Positions 36,711 through 50,390 of a stretch of 64,000 nucleotides of DNA are shown here, piece by piece. The DNA lies in the NCBI RefSeq assembly GCF_006345805.1, contig NC_043005.1, positions 14,012,001-14,076,000 of the forward strand, written 5' to 3'. A program made the position numbers and the translations under genes. The first letter of the stretch is position 1. Each line of letters opens with the position of its first letter. The DNA is from Octopus sinensis (lineage: Eukaryota). Under the pieces are notes generated by a model. The model made no database searches, was not told where the DNA came from, and saw only the letters and a program-made list of their open reading frames with translations.

Positions 36711-36920
36711 GATACAGCCATAAGCTGGATAAAATAAAATAGACATAAGAAAAAAAAACATGTACGATATATAGAAAATATTGATATACAATATATACAA
36801 ATAAATATACCATATAGAATACATAAAAATATATATAATGAGCAAACTATAAAAATATAAAATATATAAAATTAGTGAGAAAAGGGGGATTTACTTTAAA
36901 TACATAATTACACACATATT

Positions 36921-37100
36921 GGACGGCCGTTGACTCTCAAGAGTTCCTCTACTCTTTGACGGGTTTTGTTTTTCATCCCGCAGGGTGTCCAATAAACACC
37001 CTCCTCACCAAGCAAGCTTGGTGGGGTTGCCGGTTTAGTCGCCGACGGCCCGACGACGCAACAGGTTGCACTGGGTTACATGTTACCAGTAGCACATAAT
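36921..37100 (-). mobile_element. Family X fragment (GGGCCGTCGGCGAC..GAGTCAACGGCC), putatively RTE-UTR related
   Basis: Shares these motifs with 37322-37775 and 38905-39085. Confidence 0.5.
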
Positions 37101-37124
37101 ATATACATACATATATACATACAT

Positions 37125-37157
<33 letters not shown>

Positions 37158-37321
37158 TACATACATACACACACACACACACATACATACATACATACAT
37201 ACATACATACATACATACATACATACATACATACATACATACATACATACATACAACATACATACATACATACATACATACATACATACATACATACATA
37301 CATACATACATACATACATAC

Positions 37322-37775
37322 ATCGTGACTGTCGATTCGTAGGCGTGTCTGACCACCACAGACATATTATCATATCCTAGATGTTGAAAACAATGGCTGT
37401 CTATAATATCCGTGCAGAAGTTCAAAATCACTAACAGCTTGCACAACATCGCTAAAACTCTCACCTACAAAGTCAAGTACACCAGAACCAAGCATAATCA
37501 AGATCTTCGGCTTTGTAATAAGATCAGTGTAATTTCGGAATTTCTTTCTCCTAGGGAGATGTCTAGGGCACTTAAAGACTAGGAACCTCCCAATCCCATC
37601 TGTAGGATGGCCGTTGACTCTACTGAGTTTTATTCAACCTTTGACAGATTTTCAACGAAAGCCACCCCGATTACCAATCAGGCTTCGTTGAGTTGCCTGT
37701 TCTGTCGCCGACGGCCCGGCAATGTGATAGGTTGTAGAGGGTTACATGTTATCCATGACACTAAGAGTGACTAAA
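37322..37775 (-). mobile_element. Family X, ~450 bp, ending in (TGTA)n
   Basis: 37560-37730 is closely similar to the reverse complement of 38905-39075. (TACA)n on both flanks. Confidence 0.6.
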
Positions 37776-38024
37776 TATACATTCACACATGCATACATAC
37801 ATAGATACATGCCTACATACATGCATGCATACATACATACATTCATACATACATGTATACATACATATATACATACATACGCACATACATACATAACTGT
37901 ATACATGCATACATACAGACATACATACATACGCACATATATACATTAATGCATACATGCATACATGCACACATACATAGACACATGCATACATACATAT
38001 ATAAAAAATAATAAATACGCCCTT

Positions 38025-38264
38025 TTAAAGCTTAGCCAGGCTCATGGGCCCGGTTTCCCGGTTTCTATGGCGTATGTGTTCCCCAGCTGGACGGGACGCC
38101 AGTCCATCGCAGCGTTACTCATTTTTGCCAGCTGATTGGACTGGAGCAACGTGAAATGAAGTGTTTTGCTCAAGAACACAACGCCTCACCCGGTCTAGGA
38201 ATCGAAACCACAATCTTACGATCATGATGCTGACACCCTAACCACTAAGCCACACGCCTCCACA
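38025..38264 (-). mobile_element. SINE head B + tail T2
   Basis: Homologous to 2625-2876. Confidence 0.82.
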
Positions 38265-38267
38265 CAT

Positions 38268-38680
38268 ACTCTTTACTCTTTTACTCTTTAACTCTTTTAC
38301 TTGTTTCAGTCATTTGACTGCGGCCATGCTGGAGCACCGCCTTTAATCGAGCAACTCGACCCCGGGACTTATTCTTTGTAAGCCCAGTACTTATTCTATC
38401 GGTCTCTTTTGCCGAACCGCTGAATTACGGGGACATAACCACACCAGCATCGGTTGTCAAGCAATGCTAGGGGGACAAACACAGACACACATATATGTAT
38501 ATATATATATACATATATACGACGGGCTTCTTTCAGTTTCCGTCTACCAAATCCACTCACAAGGCCTTGGTCGGCCCGAGGCTATAGTAGAAGACACTTG
38601 CCCAAGGTGCAACGCAGTGGAACTGTACCCGGGACCATGTGGTTGGTAAACAAGCTACTTACCACAGAGCCACTCCTGCG
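38268..38680 (-). mobile_element. SINE D
   Basis: Full head, internal (TA)n and (TTTTACTC)n tail. Confidence 0.88.
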
Positions 38681-38904
38681 CCTATGTATACATATATACA
38701 TTGTCTAAATGGCAATGAGAGTGTCATGTTAGGCTGCAAACCAACTCCGTTTACTGAGAAAAATATTTGAGAAATAAAACCAGGTGCACGAATTCAACAA
38801 TACAGATTTACAAAGATATGTATGTCTACACACACAGATAAAATCAAAACTAAAATATTCACACTCGCAAGAGCATACATTCATGCAAACACACCTACAT
38901 TCTT

Positions 38905-39085
38905 TCTCACATTGTCGGGCCGTCGGCGACAGAACAGGCAACTCTACGGAGCCTGATTGGTAAGCGGGGTGGCTTTCGTTGAAAATCTGTCAAAGATTGG
39001 ATAAAAACTCAGTAGAGTCAACGGCCATCCTACAGATGGGATTGGGAGATGCCTGGTCTTTAAGTGCCCTAGACAAAGAATGCAG
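38905..39085 (+). mobile_element. Family X fragment, inverted relative to 37322-37775
   Basis: Direct alignment by eye. Confidence 0.7.
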
Positions 39086-39104
39086 GTTTGTAATTGTATG
39101 TTTG

Positions 39105-39730
39105 CATACATACATGCATACATACATACATACATACATACATACATGCATGCATACATACATACATACATACATACATAAACACATACATACATTCATA
39201 CATACATGCATGCATACATACATACATGCATACATACATGCATGCATACATACATACTTACATACATACATACAGGCAAACCTGCATACATACATACATA
39301 CATACATACATACATACATACATACATACATACATGCATGCATGCATACACACACACATACATACATACATACATGCAAACCTGCACACATACATACATA
39401 CATACATACATACATACATACATACATACATACATACATGCAAACCTGCACACGTACATACATACATACATACATGTATACATACATGTATACATACATA
39501 CATACATACATACATACATACGTGCATACATACATACATACATACATACATACATACATACATACATACATACATACATACATGCAAACCTGCACACGTA
39601 CATACATACATACATACATGTATGCATACATACATACATACATACATACATACATACATACATACATACAACATACATACATACATACATACATACATAC
39701 ATACATACATGCGTGCGTACATACATACGA
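39105..39730. repeat. Degenerate (TACA)n array with recurring TGCAAACCTGCAC interruptions
   Basis: Direct reading. Confidence 0.95.
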
Positions 39731-40189
39731 AGTGGCAGGCACATGACGGCAGACATAATGACGCGAGAGAAAATGACTCTGCACAATAGCTGAATCGAGT
39801 TACCCTGCAGATTTCAACATAATGTTAAAGGTTAGTGAAAAGGAAAAAATTTCTGCTGAACGAATAAGAAATTTGAGACTGCTCTGCCTGGACTTTCACT
39901 TTTGGATTTATAACAATAAAGAGTGAAGTATCAGAATGCGTATCTAATTGCTTCAGTACTAATCATGTGATGTTGGGTTTCACCATGACAGACAGACAGA
40001 ACAAGGGTAATTAAAAAAATACAAGACTTCAAAATATGTAAACAAAAAACAAAGAAAATTCCGATGCTTAGCACACAATAAGCTCATATATACATCTATA
40101 AGCATGCAAATATATATTTTTGTACTCTGACGTTAGTCAAAGCATACAGACCTCCCATTCAATGGCGCCGCTACCTGCACCCATCTATA

Positions 40190-41210
40190 CGTGAGTACAT
40201 ACATAATTGCGTATGCACATGCGTACATACATACACACATATACATACATGCTTGCATATATGCATACACACACACATACACATGTGTACATACATACAC
40301 ATATACACATATACATACATACATACGTACGTACATGCATGCATGTATGCATACATACATGCATACACACACATGCATATGTGTACATACACATACACAT
40401 ACATACATACATACATACATGCATGCATGTATGCATACTCACACATGCACATGTGCACATACATACATATATACATACACACACACATACATACATACAT
40501 GCATACACACACATACACATGTGTATGCATATATGTATACTCACACATACACATATACATACATACATACATGTATGCATAAATACATGCATACAAACAC
40601 ATACACATGCATGCATACATACACACATATACATACATACATGCGTGCATACATGCATACACACATACATACATACATACATACATACATACATACATAC
40701 ATACATACACACATACATACATACATACATACATACATACATACACACATACATACATACACACATACATACATACACACATACATACACACATACATAC
40801 ACACATACATACATACATACATACATACATACATACATACATACATACATACATACATACATACATACATACATACATACATACATCATACATACATACA
40901 TACCATACATACATACATACATACATACATACATACATACATACATACATACTACATACATACATACATATATACATACACACACATACATACACTACAT
41001 ACATACATACTACATACATACATACATACGTACATACATACATACATACATACATACATACACACATACATACATACATACATACATACATACTACATAC
41101 ATACATACATACATAATACATACATACATACATACATACATACATACATACATACATACATACATACTACATACATACATACATACATACATACATACAT
41201 ACATACACAT
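40190..41210. repeat. ~1-kb (TACA/CA)n array
   Basis: Direct reading. Confidence 0.97.
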
Positions 41211-41699
41211 TCTGCAGAGGTCCGTTGGACTTGTGTGGTATATATTCTTTTTTCACTGAGTTGGTATTCAATGCCTGGTCCTGGGCAACAATGATTAGGC
41301 TTTCAGTGTTCTTTTTTAAGTCAACCTTGTTGAGCCACCTCTATTATACTTCCAGGTCTTCCAGGCAATTTTGTCAAAAGGTGGATGAATGTAGCACGAA
41401 TAGCCCGAGTGAACGGGCCTAGTCTAAGCATGCGGCTTTAGATCAAGGTTAGACGAAGAGGAGAGGGCACTTGTCCTAGAGGTCAGAGTGATCGCGGATT
41501 TTGTGGGGTTCCCACGAGCAGCCCTTGGAAGTCTCCCTCTTTTGGGGATTTAATTCTTATAACTTTTATTGTTTTTCATTATTTACACATTCCAATTCCA
41601 CTCGTTTTGTATTATACAGAACCGTCCCCAATCTTCTATGTGAAAGAGTGTTGTTATTGTCGTCGTCGTCGTCGTTGTTGTTGTTGTTGTTGTTGTTGT

Positions 41700-41865
41700 T
41701 AAGTCGACCTCATTCAAATGTCATTTCGGTCGACTTTACCTTTCATCCTTTCAGCGTCGATAAAATAAATACCAGTCGAGCACTAGGGTCGTTATAATCG
41801 GTTAATACACTCCCTCCAAACCTTCAGACCTTGTTTCCTACAGTAGAAAGAACTATTATTATTAC
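41700..41865 (+). mobile_element. SINE C2 3' part with short (ATT)n tail
   Basis: GTCGACTTTACCTTTCATCC..CCTTGTTTCCTACAGTAGAAAGAACTATTATTATTA. Confidence 0.7.
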
Positions 41866-42868
41866 TAGACCGAGAAAGGGCGCTTGGCACCTCGAGTGCC
41901 GTCAAGCCCTCTCCGCCCTCCACCAGGCGGGCAATGCGGTCGGTTACAGCTCCACTCTAGCGTTCTATAGAGGGTTAGTGGAGGAAAAATGCGACGACGT
42001 TCTCGGGGAAACTCTAGGCGTTGAAGACGACGAACTGAGCGGTCTGTTCGGGAGGACTTTCGGGCCGGGGCCGATGGATAATTTCCAGAGGTCTCTCGCC
42101 TGGCAGTGCTACCGAGGGGCTCTGCCTGTTCGAGATAAACTCTACCGGCACGGAAGTGACGTCAGCCGGGCCTGCCCGAGGTGTTGCCAGGACGACGAAA
42201 CCGTTCTGCACGCACTCGTCCAGTGCCCGAGTATTGCTGAAATATGGGTTTATGTCGAACAGCTACTGTCACGTGTAGGACGGATCCGACTATCGGCCGA
42301 ATCCATAGTGAAGATTGCCCCGCCGACCTCCTTTAACAAGGAGGGCGAGGCCGTTTTCTTGTGCCTTGTGGCTGTGGCGAAAGAAGTCGTGTGGTGGACT
42401 CGTTTGAAAGGGCTAAAGTCAGACACTTTCCTCTTTGGTCAAGGCCTCATCAACTTTTTCAAGTTTCACTTGAAAAGGAAGATGAGGTTAGAGAGGAAAG
42501 TGCTGTCCGATAGCAAGTTTTATGAAAGGTGGGTGAATTGTGCGAGACTGGCCTGTATAAATGGACCAGTTCTCAGGTTTCGCCTGTGATTTCAAAGAAA
42601 AAGGTAATGTAAAAGGAGAAGAAAGGGGACTCTCTACACCCCCTTTTTTGACCAGGCTCCCGTTGGCTTTTGTAGGGTTTTTTCCACCGGGAACATTTCG
42701 AGACGTCTCCCCCTTTTGGGAGTTTTTCATTGTTTTTAATAATCATTGCTTTAAAGTTTTTTACACGGATTTTTTTAACAAACGGACAAAACCCTTTGTA
42801 ACCTTTCGTCCTGTCTTGTCCCTTTATGTAATCATGCGTGTCAGCCCTTGTGGCCAATAAAAAAGAAT
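41866..42868 (+). mobile_element. 5'-truncated Tx1/L1-clade element (ORF2 C-terminus + 3' UTR)
   Basis: ORF 41831-42589 contains LPVRDKL..CPRC..ETVLHALVQC. Closely similar to 12146-12957. Confidence 0.9.
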
Positions 42869-42869
42869 T

Positions 42870-43418
<549 letters not shown>

Positions 43419-44573
43419 CATCTCATAGTCATTGTAGTCGACACCTACTGCAGTGTGAACACGTCGTATTTCTTTTCTTTTCGCGCGACACGATTTATTC
43501 AAGCATTATCAAATGAAATTTTTTTTAGGTGTGCTTTTGCATAAAGACTTTAATTACCTAAGGCTTGCCTTCTACATTTGCAAACAAACAAAGATGATTT
43601 GCTTCATAAACTTCTACAAATTTATTTATTTATTTATTTATATACATGACGCTTTCACAAAATGGCTACCAATAATGCATATGTCCTACGATTGATATAT
43701 ACGATTAAACTCGAGGCATATCCACCAGGCTGTGCCTGCTCGCTGTCATCCTGAGCTCCAAGTTAACTAGGATCCACAAAGAGCCAAATTGTCCTGCGTG
43801 ACCGCGGAAATGCCTGGCAGAAGTTTGGGTGAGAAATAGGCAGTGTGCTGGTAGATAGCACTCACACACCAGACTCCTTCCCGGTTTACCACAAGAATGC
43901 TACCACGTTCCTATTAAGATAGACAGTGTTGTTGCGAGCAAGAATAATAGCACAACTAATAACAGCAGTAAAACCGACAGCCGTTCTCACCAGAAGCGAA
44001 CAGCAGAGCACAGCTAAATCTTCTGTCAGTAACAGCGCTAACGCACTAAAAGCAATGCTTTTTCCACCATTATCATAACCAACAAGAAACACTTCTCCGT
44101 CGATACACCCAATCATGAGGTGGTGCGTTTAGTTGAAAGCAAAAATGTCTTCAAGCAATGGTACATGGCTTGTATTTCCTAGGGTAACATATTAGTTATC
44201 ATTTTTTGTAAGAACGGGGTGATCTTCTTGGAAAAGTCTCATCTCCCTTCTCTCTTCAGACTCTCCCCTTCAGCTTTCTACAAACCTCCTTGTTTTATGC
44301 TTGTTTCTGGAGATTTTACGTCTTTTCTTCGGTGGCAAATTTTTTTCAATAATGTAAACAAAAAATTATACATTAATCCCTATCTTTGTAAGCAGTTGCA
44401 TGTATGGAGTATGTTTTTATTTTTGCATGCAGTATAAATTAACCGAATAGAAGCACGTGTATGAACTGCTAATTTAATGGTAAATGCTACAATAATTATT
44501 ATACATAAATTTCTTAATATATATATATATATTAAGCACAGGTATTAACTATTGATTTAAGGGTTAATATGTA

Positions 44574-45096
44574 CCGTAAATCCTCGAGTATAATCCGCAT
44601 TTTTTCCCCAAAAATTTAAAGGTCAAAATCCCTAGTGCGTACTATATACGAGGTTAAAAATTTAAAATATTTTCTAAGCAATGTTCGAGTCTCTATTTGC
44701 TGTCCAGCAATGTTTATTCAGAGGCATTTTGTGATGTCGGGCGCGAAAATACCTTAAGCTAAGCCTGAAAGCAATGAAGTCATAAAAGAATCATCCATAA
44801 CTTGCAGTAAGCAACATTTATTAAAATAAAAGTATTCAGAACACAGAATAACATGTAACAAAAACAATTTGCAAACATATTTACATTCCCATATAACAGT
44901 TAAGAACATCACCATTATTGTATTACGCATGCGCGAAAGCGTTTGTTCGACTAGGTGCTGCTGGCTTAATTACGCACGACTCAAGTTAGAGAAGGGGTGC
45001 GTATTATACACAAGGTTTAGGTTTATCAAGGGTACAACCCCCTAAAAATTCCCGGCATATTATACTCAAGGGCGGACTATAATCAATGATTTACGG
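44574..45096. mobile_element. pogo/Tigger-type MITE, 523 bp
   Basis: Ends CCGTAAATC..TATA(A/G)TCCGC inverted. TA at 44572-44573 and 45097-45098. No ORF. Confidence 0.8.
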
Positions 45097-45220
45097 TAAC
45101 TGTAAATACCTTGCAACCTTGCAACTGCTACGATAATTATTAACTGGTAATTGAATGGTAACTTTTATATACCTTGGACCTGCCACCTGGTCGATCGCGC
45201 ACACATACGCACGCACACAC

Positions 45221-45264
<44 letters not shown>

Positions 45265-45297
45265 TCTCTCACTCACTCACTTTTGGAACATACATAA

Positions 45298-45459
45298 GAC
45301 GCAGAAGTGGCTGTGTGGTAAGTAGCTTGCTAACCAACCACATGGCTCCAGGTTCAGTCCCACTGCGTGGCACCTTGGACAAGTGTCTTCTGCTATAGCT
45401 TCGGGCCGACCAAAGCCTTGTGAGTGGATTTGGTAGACGGAAACTAAAAGAAGCCTGTC

Positions 45460-45529
<70 letters not shown>

Positions 45530-45716
45530 GTGTGTGTGTTTGTGTGTCTGTGTTTGTCCCCCTAGCATTGCTTGACAACCGATGTTGGTGTGTTTATGTC
45601 CCCGTCACTTAGCGGTTCTGGGCTTATAAAGAATAAGTCCCGGGGTCGATTTGCTCGACTTAAGGCGGTGCTCCAGCATGGCCGCCGTCAAATGACTGAA
45701 ACAAGTAAAAGAATAA
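45298..45716 (+). mobile_element. SINE D
   Basis: Head, internal (TA)n(GT)n and tail GGCGGTGCTCCAGCATGGCC. Confidence 0.88.
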
Positions 45717-45732
45717 GGTATGAAACATCACC

Positions 45733-45734
<2 letters not shown>

Positions 45735-45802
<68 letters not shown>

Positions 45803-45998
45803 ATAGAAACTTGTTTTCTGTCTCTCTTTCTTTCTCTTGTCTCTGTCTTTTTCTCATGTTGTGTTCCTCCCGCTCATTCCGTGAAAGTTTTATCTGAAGA
45901 GAGCAGAAATTGAGAGAAGAGAAAGCGAAAAGGACAGAGAGAAAGAAAGTGAAGGAGATGAGAAAGTGAAAGATGTATGTACGTGGGATATGAAATGG

Positions 45999-46067
<69 letters not shown>

Positions 46068-46436
46068 TGTGTGTGTGTGCGCGTGCGCGTGAAAGAGAGA
46101 AAGAGAGAGACAGTGAATGAGTGAGTGAGTGAGTGAGAGAGTGAGTGAGAGAGTGAGAGAGTGAGTGAGAGAGTGAGAGAGTGAGTAAGTGAATGAGTGA
46201 GTGAGTGAGTGAGTGAGTGAGTGAGTGAGAGAGTGAGTGAGAGAGTGAGTGATAGAGTGAGTGAGTGAGTGAGTGAGTAAGAGAGTGAGTGAGAGAGTGA
46301 GTGAGTGAGTGAGTGAGTGAATGAGTGAGTGAGTGAGTGAGTGAGTGGGTGAGTGAGTGAGTGAGTGAGTGAGTGAGTGATGAGTGAGTGAGTGAATGAG
46401 TGAGTGAGTGAGTGAGTGAGTGAGTGAGTGAGTGAA
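45735..46436. repeat. Microsatellite cluster (CT)n, (GT)n, (GAGT)n
   Basis: Direct reading. Confidence 0.95.
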
Positions 46437-46549
46437 GGTGTGTGTCGTGATGATTGATGTATTTTAAAGTACACACACATATAGAAAATGTGACGTCATC
46501 GTCGTCATTGTAAAAAAATTCTTACGATAGTTGGTTTATGGAAAAGATT

Positions 46550-46934
46550 GTCGAGGCGCAATGGCCCAGTGGTTAGGGCAGCGGACTCGCGGTCATAGGA
46601 TCACAGTTTCGATTCCCAGACCGGGCGTTGTGAGTGTTTATTGAGCGAAAACACCTAAAGCTCCACAAGGCTCCGGCAGGGGATGGTGGTGATCCCTGCT
46701 GTACTCTTTCACCACAACTTTCTCTCACTCTTACTTCCTGTTTCTGTTGTACCTGTATTTCAAAGGGCCGGCCTTGTCACTCTCTGTGTCACGCTGAATA
46801 TCCCCGAGAACTACGTTAAGGGTACACGTGTCTGTGGAGTGCTCAGCCACTTACACGTTAATTTCACGAGCAGGCTGTTCCGTTGATTCGGATCAACCGG
46901 AACCCTCATCGTCGTAACCGACGGAGTGCTTCCA
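46550..46934 (+). mobile_element. SINE head A + tail T1
   Basis: 13-bp TSD TATGGAAAAGATT (46537-46549, 46935-46947). Confidence 0.92.
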
Positions 46935-47109
46935 TATGGAAAAGATTATAATGTTAAATTTTTGAAATGCAAATATGTGAATGGAAATTAAGTTTAGTTT
47001 GTAGCCGAAATGGTACTGAATCTTTTGATATCCCATACGTTAAAATCGGTAACTCGGTTTTGGAATGTATATGGAATATTTATATATAGGACAGACTTCT
47101 TTCAAACTG

Positions 47110-47359
47110 AAAGTATTATCTCACATCACAACAGAGACGTAATACTGAAATAGTGTAAGAGATAAGAGATTGTTCTGGAATCGCATTAGGCACGAAGTTA
47201 AAAGTTTTTTTGGGGTTTTTTTTTGGCCCATGACACTGCATGGACCCTAAGTAGGACATATATAAAATTTCAATGAAATCGGTTGTGTAGTTCTCGAGTT
47301 TTAGGGATTCACACAGACAGATAGATAGACACACACATTCTCATCTTTATATATATAGA
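47110..47359 (-). mobile_element. Non-autonomous Helitron-like 5' fragment
   Basis: Minus strand A|TCTATATATATAAAG start followed by a (CTAT/CTGT)n tract. No CTRR end found. Confidence 0.55.
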
Positions 47360-47373
47360 TACATATAAAATAA

Positions 47374-47776
47374 ATGAGTGGCTGTGTGGTAAGTAGCTTG
47401 CTTATGAACCACATGGTTCCGCGTTCAGTCCCACAGCGTGGCACCTTGGGGAAGTATCATCAACTATAGCCTCGGGGCCAACCAAAGCCGTGTGAGTGGA
47501 TTTGGTAGACGGAAACTGAAAGAAGCCCAACGTATGTGTGTGTGTGTGTGTGTCTGTCTGTCTGTCTGTCTGTCTGTGTCCCCCCTCCCACCAACCATCG
47601 CTTGATAACCGATGTTGGCGTGTTCACGTCCCGTAACTTAGCAGTTCGGCAAAAGAGACCAATGGAATAAGTGCTAGGCTTACAAAGAATAAGTCCTGGG
47701 GGTCGATATCTTCGACTAAATGCGATGCTCCAGCATGGCCGCGGCCAAATGACTGAAACAAATAGAAGAATAAAAG
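47374..47776 (+). mobile_element. SINE D
   Basis: As other D copies, with internal (GT)n(CTGT)n. Confidence 0.85.
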
Positions 47777-48517
47777 AACATATATGCAAAGTCTTAAGAA
47801 TTTATAAACTTCGAGAGAACTCGAGGAGCAGCTTTCCACTTTTTCCATCCAACGCGGGTTTTAGCCCAATATTTTAATAGCTGTTATTTATAACTTTTTC
47901 AAACATATTTCGTTTTGGGATTTGGTTTGCAAGATTCTTTATGTGAGTTCGCGTGTTGAAGCATATTCTGTTGTGTCCGGGGAGAGTCATTTTCTTTTTG
48001 TGCCTTATAATTCAACACACTCACTTATTTCTTATTTTTATTTTCCTAAAATTTTCGTTGCGTCTTGCAACTTTTTCAATAGTATTGACTCTCAAGACTA
48101 TTGAAAAGGTATCAAGACGCAACGAAAATTTTAGGAAAATAAAAATAAGAAATAAGTGGAAAAATTTTCAAACATCTTTATGTTGATCGAACGTTTTGTT
48201 TTATTTGCTTTTCGTTTTTTCTTCCTTTCTTTAGTGCAGGGGAGACAATTTGGGTAATCTATTTTCAGAATGATCCATCAGCATACATCGATAATTTTTC
48301 TGATAATTTCAATTGCTTTTAGAAGCTGCAGTTTGCTAAATGTCTTTTTCAATAAATCAATGAATGAACATCAATAAGTTTACTTTCTCTCTGTGGAGTA
48401 AAAAATAATATAATGATTGTCTGTATCATTCGATTTTTATACATAAGCACAACTACAGGATTTTTTTTTTCTTCAACATTTGAATACGTATCTTAAAATA
48501 TTATCATTAATGGCATA

Positions 48518-48918
48518 TCTTTATATATAAAAGAGAGGTTGTGTGCTGTCTGTCTCCTACAATTTAGATTCCTAACTACTCCCACATTTTGCGGTGCAGT
48601 GTAACCAAAAGCAGGTATCTTATAGTCGTGATTCATATCGAGCCCTTCTGGGTATTAGCGCGCGTCTACGATGAGTCTACGATTTAAAAAAATATTTACC
48701 ATCAATTTTTCCCATTTTTAATGCATTTTTGGCATATATATAAGGGAAGTAACTCTCTAAAAATTTATTATTAAATCTCAGAACGTAAAAAGCTACAGTA
48801 ACACCCGCCTTCCTTTGTGGTTAGCCATATTGAGATGTCTATTATACTTTACATCTCTAAAAATGCTTATATAGTTATTTCCCTTACAAACCCGAGCAAC
48901 GCCGGGCGATACTGCTAG
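48518..48918 (+). mobile_element. Complete non-autonomous Helitron, 401 bp
   Basis: 5' TC after A (48517). Subterminal hairpin CCCGAGCAACGCCGGG. 3' CTAG followed by T (48919). No TSD. Confidence 0.85.
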
Positions 48919-49431
48919 TATTCATTAAAATATCATTAAAATTTATTTACATCTTATAATATTATCATTTATTTATATCAAGTTACATCTTTTACAATAT
49001 CATAGTCAGTTTGCATCTTGCATAATCATTATTTCACATTATATAACATCTAATATATTTTTCACATCATATAACAGCTATTATATCATAATCAACATCA
49101 ATTTATAATAATAGTAATTATTATTAACATCATTTTATATTATTTAAAATATTATAATCGGTTTGCTTTCATTAAAACATCGTTGTCACTGTTAATTTAC
49201 AATAATTGTAATATCACTGTCAGTATAAATTTACCTCTATTAAAATATCATTAATATCAATTTAATGCGATTATAATTTTTCACACATACACACACAAAC
49301 AAATACAGACATACATGTGTGTGTGAGAGAGAGAGAGAAAGAGGGAGATAGAGAGAAAGAGAGAGGTGGGGCGAGTGTTAGAGACTGTGTCCTTGCTTTG
49401 ACATCGCGCGTTGGTTTTAAATAAAAGATAA

Positions 49432-50390
49432 ATAATGAAATTATTGTATACATTGCTCAGGTGCACCACAACTTGTCAAAAGTGCGTATAAAGCATATGT
49501 TAGTTAGTTAGTTAATTTTGGGGCTCAAAAAGCAAAAAGCAAGGCCATGTAGGGGGACATGGAGTTATGTACAGGATGGTGTTCATGTAAAGAGTTCAGG
49601 CCACTTGTGGTCAAGGGAGACTTTGAACCGAGCGGTCGTCGGCATCTTCACTATCTCGTCCGGCAGCTTATTCTACGGATCCGCAACCCGGACGGAGAAA
49701 GCCCCTCTCCTTCGATTGAGATGAAATCGTCGCAGTTAGAGCTTTTCGGAGTGACCCTGCAGCCGACGCTATGTAGCAGGAGTGAAGAACAGCTCTTTCG
49801 AGAGGTTACACTTTCCGCTTCTGCAGTAATGTACAAATGTCTGGAAAGTGAACAGTGTATGAGTCAGATACATGCTTGCGTGTGTATGGAGGGGAGAAAA
49901 TCAGGTGTAGTGTTGGCGAATCTCAGGAAGCATGGAAGTTTTGAAGGATGCAGTGCTCCGACAACTAACAACTGATGCCGGCAGTTTGTTCTGTACTTCA
50001 GCAACTCTTAGCGTGAAAAAATGTTTCTGAAAGTCATAGGAGCTGTGCTGTTTTCTGACTTTGTAAACGTGTCCAAGGGTGTTAGACAGGTGGAGTTTGA
50101 AAAGGTGCTCAGAGTTATTGTTGGTACGATGGTTGATAATTTTATGGGTGTCTGCCAAGTCAGCTGCCAGACGTCGGATTTTCAATGTGTCCATGCCCAG
50201 GAAAGTAAGGCGTTCAGAATATGGCAAATGCCTGATAGAGGGTATTCTCTTGGTTGCACGTCGCTGAACGGCTTCCAGACGATTAATATCCTGGGCAAGA
50301 TCGGGGTTCCAGACCGGTGATAAAAATTCCAGGTGAGGTCGCACTATAGCTAAATAAAGCCTCAGATAGATAGCCGGAGAGCGGTTGTAA
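49432..50390 (-). mobile_element. CR1-clade LINE 3' fragment (family CR1a)
   Basis: IVRPHLEF..VQRRATKRIP..LKIRRLAADL..KHFFTLRV..NKLP, 3' UTR and (ATT)n tail. Confidence 0.9.
49501..49822 (-). mobile_element. Second CR1-type 3' fragment nested in the CR1a 3' UTR, (CTAA)n tail
   Basis: GHSEKL..RRGAFSVRV..NKLPDEIV..FKVSLDHKW. It splits AAAGCATATG|CAGTAATG, which is intact at ~60810. Confidence 0.75.

Noticed and set aside
34476-39870. Shared ~26-bp AACATAATGTTAAAGGTTAG(C/T)GAAAA at ~34476 and ~39816
   Set aside because: Too short and diverged beyond the core to define an element; probably an old repeat fragment.
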